From a virus (taxonomy: Duplodnaviria; Caudoviricetes), in the IMG/VR virus record IMGVR_UViG_3300025413_001239: a stretch of 64,000 nucleotides of DNA. One strand, given 5' to 3'. Below the pieces are notes generated by a model. It saw nothing but the letters and a program-made list of their open reading frames with translations, did no database searches and was not told where the DNA came from. This document shows positions 34,148 through 44,000 of the stretch, one piece after another. Numbering within the stretch: the first letter of the stretch is position 1; every line of letters starts with the position of its first letter. The position numbers and the translations under genes were made by a program.

Positions 34148-35115
34148 ACGAAACAAAATATAAGTTGAAGTTGGGTGGGTCTAAGCCTACCCAAACTCCA
34201 GCTAAAGAATCCCCAATGCCATCAACCGATGATTTAGATTTCGGTGGTGATACTGAAGAAACTCCTGAAGAAACCCCAGAAGAGACTCCAGACCAAACTC
34301 CAGACGCAGCATCCTCTACTGCACCAGAAAAATCTCAAGCACCAAATCCTTTAGACAAAGAACCATTTGACGCTGGTGTTGAGGCTGATGAAGAATCAGA
34401 CCCCAAAAAATACATTGAACAATTAACTGGAAAGTTAGGTCAATCCCTAAGAACTTACACAAAAGACCAAGGTCAACCAGATTTCGAATTAGAGAAATTT
34501 GCGATTAATTCCTTGCTATCCGCAACTCATACCGCTGAAATGGATGATGAAGATAAAAAAGACATCATTAAAAAAGTTGAATCATCTGGAAAAGGTGATG
34601 ATTTTCAATCAGATGAGGAACCAGCTGAAGAACCATCTGAGGAATCTTCTGAAGATGATGATGATGATAATAACATGTTTGAAGATTTAATGGTTTATGA
34701 AAATGAAAACTTTATGTTGGCTAATCCTAAAAAAAATAATATGTTTCAAGAAGGTTCTAACGATATATTAGATGAAACATGTTGGAAGGGTTATAAGCAA
34801 GTTGGTATGAAGGACAAGAATGGTAAAAAAGTTCCTAATTGTATTAAAGAAAGTGAATCATTAAGTGAAAATGATGATAGATGTACTAGAATTGCTAAAA
34901 GAAAATATGATGTTTGGCCATCAGCTTATGCATCAGGTGCTGTTGTAAAGTGTAGACAAGGAAAAATTTGGAAAAACGTTGATGAAAATTACTTAGATGA
35001 GTTGGATAGTTTAAAAGAAAAATGGTCAGCAAAATATAAAAAAAGCATAGATTGTAATAACCCAAAAGGCTTTAGCCAAAGAGCACATTGTCAAGGTAAG
35101 AAAAAAAATGATTAA
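34129..35115 (+). CDS. Modular head-region protein; frame opens at the A9 run (possible -1 fusion with 33182)
   Basis: Frame is open from 34123 after a TAA at 34120; modules CWKGY..VPNC, PSAYASG..KC and DCNNPKGFSQRAHC. Confidence 0.65.
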   Translation, partial: SLYVKINETKYKLKLGGSKPTQTPAKESPMPSTDDLDFGGDTEETPEETPEETPDQTPDAASSTAPEKSQAPNPLDKEPFDAGVEADEESDPKKYIEQLTGKLGQSLRTYTKDQGQPDFELEKFAINSLLSATHTAEMDDEDKKDIIKKVESSGKGDDFQSDEEPAEEPSEESSEDDDDDNNMFEDLMVYENENFMLANPKKNNMFQEGSNDILDETCWKGYKQVGMKDKNGKKVPNCIKESESLSENDDRCTRIAKRKYDVWPSAYASGAVVKCRQGKIWKNVDENYLDELDSLKEKWSAKYKKSIDCNNPKGFSQRAHCQGKKKND

Positions 35116-36229
35116 TATGAATGAGGTGAATAAAACTGATTTTTCAAAAGAGAAATCACAAGGATTACATGGTTGGTTTGCTAGACAAGGTGGTTCTGGC
35201 AAATCTAAAGGATGGGTTGATTGTAATACATGTAGAAAAGACCCAGAAACTGGTAAAAAAAAGTGTAAATCATGTGGTAGAAAATCTGGCGAAGAACGTT
35301 CAAAATATCCAGCATGTAGACCAACTCCGTCTGCTTGTGGTACAAGCGGTAAGGGTGAAAAATGGGGTAAAAAAACTAATAATGAATCTAAAAATCAAAA
35401 CACAATGAAAGATTTAAAAACAAAAAATCTAACCAAAATTTCTGAGGGAAATATGGGTGAAAGTAATAACTACATGTTCTTTAACAATCTTAAAACAATA
35501 CATGAATCTATTACTAATTTATTAAAAATGGACCAATCAGCGGTTGATGAAATTTTATCTGATGGTCATGGTTGGGCTTTGGACCACATGGCAACGTCTG
35601 CCGATGATATTGAAGAAGTTTACCATTTTTTAAGTGCTACATTAAGTGGTCAGGATGGTTATAACGGTAACACACCTGATGGTTACAATGATGAATATGG
35701 TTCTGTTGAACTAGTAAACATGAATGAAGCTGAATATAAGGGTAAAGAAGTTAGTCTTGGTAAGCCTTCACATGGTGACGTTAAGAAGTTTAAAGTTTAT
35801 GTTAAAAACGATAAGGGTAATGTTGTTAAGGTTAACTTTGGTGACCCTAACATGGAAATCAAGAGAGATAATCCAGAAAGAAGAAAATCGTTTAGAGCTA
35901 GACATAAGTGTAGCCAAGCGCATGATAGAACAACACCTAAATACTGGTCTTGTAAAATGTGGTCAAGTAAACCAGTTTCTGATATTGTTGGTGAGAATTT
36001 GACTCAATCAAAAAAAAGTGGTATATTTGCAGATATGATTAAAAATAAATTAACAGAAGCATTTAACCCTGAAAGTATGGCAGAACCGTTTATTGAACCA
36101 CCAGTTGTTAAACCTGAAACAAAACCTAGTGTTAAACCTAACGAAACACCTAAACCAAAAAGAAGAGATGCACCATTTTTACCGAATGTTGCACCAGGTG
36201 TACAACCACAACCAAAAGCTAAAAAATAA
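35108..36229 (+). CDS. Modular head-region protein with Cys-rich basic modules
   Basis: GLHGWF..GWVDC..YPACRP; EAEYKGKEV..NFGDP..RRKSFRARHKC..YWSC. Confidence 0.8.
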   Translation: MINMNEVNKTDFSKEKSQGLHGWFARQGGSGKSKGWVDCNTCRKDPETGKKKCKSCGRKSGEERSKYPACRPTPSACGTSGKGEKWGKKTNNESKNQNTMKDLKTKNLTKISEGNMGESNNYMFFNNLKTIHESITNLLKMDQSAVDEILSDGHGWALDHMATSADDIEEVYHFLSATLSGQDGYNGNTPDGYNDEYGSVELVNMNEAEYKGKEVSLGKPSHGDVKKFKVYVKNDKGNVVKVNFGDPNMEIKRDNPERRKSFRARHKCSQAHDRTTPKYWSCKMWSSKPVSDIVGENLTQSKKSGIFADMIKNKLTEAFNPESMAEPFIEPPVVKPETKPSVKPNETPKPKRRDAPFLPNVAPGVQPQPKAKK

Positions 36230-36639
36230 TGAAAGATTTATTTTTGATATATATTAATCATGTTGGGAAAGATTATAAGGGTAATTACATTTACGAATTT
36301 ATTTTTTCTGATTCAACTGATAATGTTGATGGTGATGATTGGGATACATTTCCAGCATCTGGTCGTCCAGAACCACCAAATGAGGTATGTATTAAGAGTG
36401 TTGGAAAGTTAGAATCTGAATTATTTTTAGATGTTGTTCAAAATAGTGATACCTTTGCTGTGTGGGACGCTGTTGACGGTGTTATAGCATTAGCTTGGGA
36501 GAATATAAATTCATATGATTCTTATCCAGAACATAGATTATCATTTAGATTTGGTGAAACAAAAGAAGAAGTTGAATCCAAGCTATATGAAAAAGACCTA
36601 ATACTTACATATAATACTGTAAAAAATGAAAAAAAATAA
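36229..36639 (+). CDS. Hypothetical protein
   Basis: 136-aa ORF in operon. Confidence 0.7.
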   Translation: MKDLFLIYINHVGKDYKGNYIYEFIFSDSTDNVDGDDWDTFPASGRPEPPNEVCIKSVGKLESELFLDVVQNSDTFAVWDAVDGVIALAWENINSYDSYPEHRLSFRFGETKEEVESKLYEKDLILTYNTVKNEKK

Positions 36640-37690
36640 ATTAAAAGAAGGTGCTTTAAATACTGGTATTCAAAGTTACCAAACAAGTTCGGTACAACAA
36701 ACTTCATCATCAAGTGGTAAAAGACCAACCGTAAATATTAAAAAGAATGATTTAAAAACAGTTATCCCACAACTTAAAGGTGACGATATTAATGTTAACG
36801 TTGTTGAGGGTGCTGAAAAACCTAAAAAATACCAATACATATCAGATATTATCGATGAAAACGGTGAATTATCTAAGCCATTTACAATTAACGGTAAAAA
36901 CTATCAAATGGTTAGAGCTTTAAGTCCTAAAAATGAAAAAGTTCTTGGGGTTTATTCATTGGATGAAGTTGATGGGGATGGTGACAATGTTATTCACGAT
37001 GTTAATGAATTTGAAAAAGCACTTAATAAAAAACAATTTCAAAATGAGGAAGGTGTTGTTGAACCAGATGGTCCTGAAATGGATACATTAAATCCAATTG
37101 AATCGGTGGATGAGGAAGCTAAAACAGAGCATCCAAGTTTTGCTGGTCACAAGCATTTTATTGTGAATAAAAAAACTGGTAAAGCTAGAAAGTTTAAAGA
37201 CATTTCTGAATTGGCAAAGGCTCAAATGACACCAGATGAACAATACATGGGTATTAGAGAATTTAAAAAATATGTTGATGAAACTCTTTTTGGTGCTGGT
37301 AGAAAACAAAATGTTGATGAAGTAGCACCTACTGGTGAGGAAAGTGAAGAAGAAATGAGTGTTAAGGCTAAAAAACTTATGAACCTTATTGAAAAAAGAG
37401 TTCCTGCTGGTATATTTAAAACAATTAGAACTCCAGTGGCACAAAGACAAGTTATTGCTGCTTTTGCTGAAATGATTGGTGTACCAAGAGCTGGCCTTAG
37501 TAATCTTATTGCTGGTCTTAAGGATTTAGCACATAATAATATGGCTGGTACTGCTAGTAATCCAGTTAAGGCTCAAAAACAACAAGCTGCTGCAACTCCA
37601 GCTGCCCCAGAAACACAAGCAACTGGTGCAATACAAGAAAGTAAAAAAAGTATTAAGGTTAAAAATGTTAAAATATTAAAAAATGGGTAG
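36626..37690 (+). CDS. Hypothetical head-region protein
   Basis: 354 aa with LKE/IQE motifs. Confidence 0.75.
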   Translation: MKKNKLKEGALNTGIQSYQTSSVQQTSSSSGKRPTVNIKKNDLKTVIPQLKGDDINVNVVEGAEKPKKYQYISDIIDENGELSKPFTINGKNYQMVRALSPKNEKVLGVYSLDEVDGDGDNVIHDVNEFEKALNKKQFQNEEGVVEPDGPEMDTLNPIESVDEEAKTEHPSFAGHKHFIVNKKTGKARKFKDISELAKAQMTPDEQYMGIREFKKYVDETLFGAGRKQNVDEVAPTGEESEEEMSVKAKKLMNLIEKRVPAGIFKTIRTPVAQRQVIAAFAEMIGVPRAGLSNLIAGLKDLAHNNMAGTASNPVKAQKQQAAATPAAPETQATGAIQESKKSIKVKNVKILKNG

Positions 37691-38885
37691 TTATAAAAGT
37701 TTAGTTGAGAAAGCCTTGGCCAAGAATGTAAAAATTCAATCCGAAAAAACGTTAAATGAAGGTATTTTATATCCAGAAGGATTAAGTGAAAGAATGCATC
37801 CAGAACTTGAAGAGGATTTAAGGTTGCAAAGACATTCTTTGGGTAAGCATCCAGCTATTCCAGAAGGTGATGAAAATTCATTTGAGCAAAAGATTATGGG
37901 TGAACGTTTTACTGAGGTAGCTAACAGATACAAAAGAGCCTTTGATGTTGATTCTATTGATAAAAACAAACTAATGCGTGAAATGATGCCAATGGTTATG
38001 GAATGTATGCAATTAGAATCTAAAAACAAAAAAGAACTTCAAGATTTGGCCATAAAGATGATTAGAGAAGAATATGACATGGGTGAAGATGTTGTTGAAA
38101 TCGTTGCTGAATTAACACCACAAATTTCCTTAGAAGGTGCAAATAAGAATCCAAAACCAATGCCTGTTGAGGGTATGGAATTTGATTCGCATGACCATAT
38201 TGAGAATGCTAATCAAGAGGTTTATAAGAGAAGACTTTTGAATGCAATGACACAAGGTGCGGCAAAAAAATGTAACCATATGTTTCACATGGTTGATGAT
38301 GAGCTGACAAATATTAATCCAAAATTACCTAACAGATACGCTAAAATGATGGCGGCTGCTGATTATATGTATTATGTAATACCTAAATTAGATAATGGAA
38401 TTAGTGGTGGTGTTGTTAAAGTAGAATTTCCAACTAAGGATAATCCAAAAGCTAAAATACATGCTCAAGCAATGGTATTTCCAGTTTTAATACATGAGAT
38501 TGTTAAGGGTGTAATGGAATTATTATCAGCACATGGTTTACCAAAGGATAAAAAACTAGCTAAATTTGTATTAAATAAAGCAGATTTTCTAGCAGCTGAA
38601 CCATGGGATATGCGACTTGGTCCTGCTATATGGAGTAAGTTTACTGATGCCATAGATGTTGATGATTTCAATTTAAAACATCATATTTATAGTGATTTAG
38701 CTAAACTTCCAGCAAAAGAATTGCACAATAATATGCGAGAAATAATGGCTGGAACGAAAAAGGGCAAGAAGATAATTAAGGATATTGTTGATGCTGTTAG
38801 AAAAGATATACAGTTAGATGAATACGGTGAAGCGATGGGTAATAATGAAGACAACGATGATTTTGATATTGAAGAATTTCTATAA
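37683..38885 (+). CDS. Hypothetical protein upstream of terminase
   Basis: 400-aa ORF with an HEIVKG motif. Confidence 0.8.
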   Translation: MGSYKSLVEKALAKNVKIQSEKTLNEGILYPEGLSERMHPELEEDLRLQRHSLGKHPAIPEGDENSFEQKIMGERFTEVANRYKRAFDVDSIDKNKLMREMMPMVMECMQLESKNKKELQDLAIKMIREEYDMGEDVVEIVAELTPQISLEGANKNPKPMPVEGMEFDSHDHIENANQEVYKRRLLNAMTQGAAKKCNHMFHMVDDELTNINPKLPNRYAKMMAAADYMYYVIPKLDNGISGGVVKVEFPTKDNPKAKIHAQAMVFPVLIHEIVKGVMELLSAHGLPKDKKLAKFVLNKADFLAAEPWDMRLGPAIWSKFTDAIDVDDFNLKHHIYSDLAKLPAKELHNNMREIMAGTKKGKKIIKDIVDAVRKDIQLDEYGEAMGNNEDNDDFDIEEFL

Positions 38886-38955
38886 AATTAAGGCACTCAA
38901 TTTGAGTGCTTTTTTGTTTTAAGGAATTTTATTATCTATCAGCATATTTATAGGT

Positions 38956-40731
38956 ATGCTTACAAAACAAGAAATATTGTTTGAATATGGGAAATGTTTA
39001 TCAAATCCAATCTATGCTATCGAAACATACTTAGAAACATTCGATAAAACTAGAGAGGGATTTGTTCAATTTAAGTTATTCCCAAGACAAAAAGAAATTA
39101 TTCAATGTTACCAAAAACATAGGTTTAATCTTGTAACTAAACCAAGACAAGCTGGGGTTTCTACAACTACAGCTGCTTATATGTCAATTAAAGTTGGTTT
39201 TGCTGATGAAGATAATCCAGAGGCTATTTTGATTGTTGCAAATAAACAAGAGTTGGCTTTTGAATTCTTAGCTAAAATTAAGGACTTTTTATCACAGTTA
39301 CCTAGATGGGTTTGGGGCTCTGAGTATTACGGTACTAATAAAGCTGAATCTAAGGATATATTCAGTATAAATTCAAAGGGTGAAATTAAATTACCTAATG
39401 GTAGTCGTGTTAAAGCGGTTGCCACATCTAAGGATGCACTTCGTGGTTTTACTCCTACTTATCTTATTATGGATGAGGCTGCATATATTGATAATGGTGC
39501 TGTAGTTTTTGGTGCTGCGTTAACCGCTTTAGGTACTGGTGGTAAAGCAACACTTATTTCAACACCTAACGGTATGGATAAATTGTACTATGAAACATAT
39601 GCACAATCTAAAGCTGGTAAAAATAACTTTAATATCGTTGAAATGAAATGGTATGAGGATTTAAGGTATAATAAGGACCTTAGATGGCTTAAAGATGATA
39701 ATGTTGAATATGAAATTGAATACACATTTGATTCATATAAATTCATGATTTCTCAAGGTTATAAACCAACATCTTCATGGTATGAGGAAATGTGTCGTGG
39801 TATGAATAACGATGCGAGAATGATTGCTCAAGAACTTGATGTATCCTTTATTGGTTCTGGGGGTAATGTAATCAGTGAGGAAGATATTCAAGCACAAGAA
39901 TTACTTAACGTTAAGGACCCAGAATTCTATGGTAATGATAAGGATATATGGATATGGAAAAAACCAGAAGAAGGACATCAGTATATAATGGGTGTCGATG
40001 TATCTAGAGGTGACGGTGAGGACTCATCAACAATGATAATTTATGATTTCACAGCTATGGAACAAGTTGTTGAATATCAAGGTAAAATACGACCAGACCT
40101 TTTAGCACAATTGGTGGAAGAATATGGTGATTTATACAAGGCTTATACTGTCGTGGATATTACTGGTGGTATGGGTGTAACAACTGTTTTAAAATTAATT
40201 GAATTTGATTACAAGCGTTTGCATTACGATACACCTAATGGTAAGATACTTTCAAATAAGAAAAAGCAAATGGAAGCTTATATGAAAGATGATAAAACAC
40301 CAGGTCTACAAGTATCCACCATACGTCTTGCAATGATTGCAAATTTTGAAGAGAAGATTAGGAACAACATCGTTAAAATTAGGTCTATAAGGCTTATTAA
40401 CGAGATGAAAACGTTTGTGTATAAGAATGGTCGTCCAGACCACATGGATGGTTACCACGATGATTTAATTATGGCTTTGGCCATGTGTCTTTGGGTTCTT
40501 GAACATTCATTTAAAAACTTAGAAAAACTTGAAAAACAAACTAAGGCTATGCTTAATAGTTGGGTTGGTAGTTCTAGTAGTGATAATGCTGATGTTAAAG
40601 GAAGCGGATTTGTTTCACAAGCATCAAGAAATAAGGCGGCAATGCCAAAACCTAAATTTAGCCCAGTAGTTGCAAAGAATATGCAAGACCCAACAGGTCA
40701 ATACATGTGGTTATTTAGTGGTACAAAATAA
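38956..40731 (+). CDS. terL: Terminase large subunit (T4 gp17-like)
   Basis: KPRQAGVSTT, LIMDEAA, ISTPNG, MGVDVSRG and HDDLIMA nuclease motifs. Confidence 0.93.
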   Translation: MLTKQEILFEYGKCLSNPIYAIETYLETFDKTREGFVQFKLFPRQKEIIQCYQKHRFNLVTKPRQAGVSTTTAAYMSIKVGFADEDNPEAILIVANKQELAFEFLAKIKDFLSQLPRWVWGSEYYGTNKAESKDIFSINSKGEIKLPNGSRVKAVATSKDALRGFTPTYLIMDEAAYIDNGAVVFGAALTALGTGGKATLISTPNGMDKLYYETYAQSKAGKNNFNIVEMKWYEDLRYNKDLRWLKDDNVEYEIEYTFDSYKFMISQGYKPTSSWYEEMCRGMNNDARMIAQELDVSFIGSGGNVISEEDIQAQELLNVKDPEFYGNDKDIWIWKKPEEGHQYIMGVDVSRGDGEDSSTMIIYDFTAMEQVVEYQGKIRPDLLAQLVEEYGDLYKAYTVVDITGGMGVTTVLKLIEFDYKRLHYDTPNGKILSNKKKQMEAYMKDDKTPGLQVSTIRLAMIANFEEKIRNNIVKIRSIRLINEMKTFVYKNGRPDHMDGYHDDLIMALAMCLWVLEHSFKNLEKLEKQTKAMLNSWVGSSSSDNADVKGSGFVSQASRNKAAMPKPKFSPVVAKNMQDPTGQYMWLFSGTK

Positions 40732-40737
40732 TTTATT

Positions 40738-40980
40738 ATGAAAGCATTAGGTAAATACGGAATTAAGGGTTATACACCAATTTTATATACTTGGTCACCA
40801 GATAAAACAAAAATAAAAAATACGAATAAAATAGTAACTAGTCCACCACCAAGTTATTGTACAGCTGTTGCTGGTTCACAAGGTGAGGATTATAAAACAA
40901 CATATGTTTACAATATAATATTAAATTCAAAAAATATATTTGAGAGACTTGCATACGTAGAGTGCGATTATGTGGAGTAA
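40738..40980 (+). CDS. Hypothetical protein
   Basis: 80-aa ORF between terminase and portal. Confidence 0.5.
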   Translation: MKALGKYGIKGYTPILYTWSPDKTKIKNTNKIVTSPPPSYCTAVAGSQGEDYKTTYVYNIILNSKNIFERLAYVECDYVE

Positions 40981-41024
40981 CTATTTATTTTACAAATAAA
41001 AATCATATGTTTTAAAAAAAAATT

Positions 41025-44000
41025 ATGGCTAAACAAAATTTAACAATATTCCAAAAATTGGGTCAAATACTAGGTCCAGAAGGAGTAAAACAAAAACAAC
41101 AATTACCAGCTCAAAATCAACCGCAAAGATACAACATTGGTAAGGATGTCTTATTAAAGACTGATGACAAAAAAGCTTATGAATTAGCTAAACTACAAGC
41201 ACAACAAAATAAGTACTTGGGTCAAGTTTGGAAAAAAGTTGAACACGGACTTTTTCAACAAGCTGTTAACTATGAAACCACACGTATTGGTTCTTATTCT
41301 GATTTTGAATCGATGGAATTTTATCCAGAAATAGCTGCTGCTTTAGACATTATGATGGAAGAATCGACTACACTTAATGGTAATGGTCGTATGGTTAATG
41401 TTTATTCTGATAGTGTTAGGGTTAAGGGTATTATTGAAGACCTTTTATTTAATAGGCTTGATATGCATACATCATTACCAATGTGGACCAGAAATACTCC
41501 AATACGTGAAGATAGTATTATACCATTATTAGATGGTACTGAAATTACTATCAAGGAACTATCTAATAGAGTTAAAAATGGTGAAGAAATATGGTCTTAT
41601 GCAATTCAAGATGTTACCAAGGCAATTGTACCAAGTAAAATAATTTGGTGTGACCTTACTAGAAAGGATAGTGAATTATATCGAGTAACACTTGATGATG
41701 GTTCATATATTGATACAACACCAGACCATGAATATATGCTTAGAGATGGTTCATATAAAAGAGCTGATGAATTAACTGAAGGACAGTCTTTAATGCCTTT
41801 TTATACTAGAAAAAGTGAAAAGAAAAAAGATTGTATTGTAGGTTATGAAAAAATTTATAATCCAAGTACAACTAAATATAAGTTTACTCATTCTTTAGTT
41901 GCACATGAGTTATCAAATTGGAAAAATAGTAAATTTATAGAACAAACCAAAAAAGGTATGACTATAGAAATTACCGATGATTGTTTTGATTATATTTCAA
42001 CTATAATAAAAAATAATGAAAATTATGTTGGTGTAAATAAATTAACTAAATTACTTAGAGCTGATTCTAATTTTATTACGTTGTTTAAAGAAAATTATTC
42101 TTTAAAAAAAGATATTATTAAATCTATTAACCCAACAACATTAACTAAAGTATTATTTAGAAAAACAAATCAGAATTATTTTGATTTTGTTTTATCAATA
42201 AAACCAAGTTTAGTATTAGATAAATCATATATCAAAGCTAAAGCAATTTATTTAGGTAAAACTAAATCAAACGTATTATTAAATCATAAAGTTGTTTCAA
42301 TTATTAAACTTTCAGAGACTTCTGATGTATATTGTTTAGAAGCGGTTGGACCTAATGGCGAACATGATAGACATAATTTTCCAGTGTTAGGTAAAGATGT
42401 AAATGGTTCAGTATCAAGAAGTTCTGGTGTATTTTTAGCCAACTGTAAATACGGTGATAATTTCGTTTATTTAAATATTTCAGATACTAATGGTGTTATA
42501 GGTGCAAAGCAAATGCCTAACTATGAAATGGAACGTAGAGATGGTGGTCTTTTTGATATGATTTCACAAAGAACTGATGAAGATTATAAAACAGATAAAA
42601 CTAAGTATTATTGGAGAGGTCGTGATGTTGAATTTAACTCATGGCAAATAGCACACTTTAGACTTCTTGGTGATGATAGAAGATTACCTTACGGTACATC
42701 GGTGCTAGAAAAAGCTAGAAGAATTTGGAAACAATTATTATTATCTGAAGATGCTATGCTTGTTTATCGTGTTACACGTGCACCTGAGCGTAGAATATAT
42801 AAAATATATGTTGGTAATATTGATGATAAGGACGTTGAAGCATACGTAAATGAAATTGCTAACAGGTTTAAAAGAACCCCAATGGTTGACCCACAAACTG
42901 GGCAAGTTGATTTAAGATATAATCAACTTTCAAATGACCAAGATTACTTTATTCCAGTTAGAAGTGAAGATGCTCCAAGTCCTATCGATACATTACCTGG
43001 TGCTTGTTTATCTTTGGATACGAGGATTCCACTATTAGATGGTAGAATACTTGAACTACAAGAAATTATTTCTGAATGGGATAATGGTAATAAGGACATG
43101 TGGGTTTATTCTGTTGACCCTCAAACTGGTGCATCAACAGTTGGTCCAATCACTTGGGCTGGAGTTACACGTAAAAATACTCAAGTTTTGAAGATAACCC
43201 TTGATAACGGTAAATCAATAACTACAACACCAGACCATAAGTTTGTACATAGAACCAATGGGTTTGTGGAGGCACAAAATCTTGTTATTGGTGATAGTCT
43301 GATGCCGTTTTATACTGATATCGCTAAAATAAAATCAAATTCTAATAATGGTTATCAGAGAATTTGGGATACGGCTACTCAAAAATGGGTTTTTACACAT
43401 AGATTAGTCAAAGAAATTTTATCCAATACTGGGTTAATAAAAGATTTTGAATTTGATACAAAATATATTGGTACTGATAAAAAAATAATACATCATAAGG
43501 ACCATAATAGATTTAATAACGCACCAAACAATTTGGTAATGATGAATGTTGGTGACCATATGAAATATCATCAATCAGTTATTAAAGAAACTATTTGGGC
43601 TAACCCAGAACTTAATAAGGCTAAAATTACACTTGGCGTTAATAAATTCATTTCAAATTTGACTGATGAGGAAAGAGCAATAAGGGCTAAAAAATCAAGA
43701 AATAATTCCGTTACCACAAGAGATAAGGCTAATAAAACGTTTAATGGCAATATTAATAAAGTAGAAATTATTTCAAAAAGAGGTAAGGCTATTGCTGAAG
43801 CAAAGTCAATCCCAGAGTTTAAAGAAAAATTATCTAAGATAGCAGCTAATAATTGGCTAGTTGATGGTTATAAAGAAAGAGTATTCTCAAAAAAACAAAC
43901 ACTTACTTTTTCCGAAAATCTTTATATGATGTTTTTTGAGATGTTTAAACAGCATGGTAAAGCTGATGCTACACTTGCTGAATTAAATCAATCGATTGAG

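Noticed and set aside
38956-40731. Intein or intron in the terminase
   Set aside because: ATPase and nuclease motifs are contiguous and the length (591 aa) is normal
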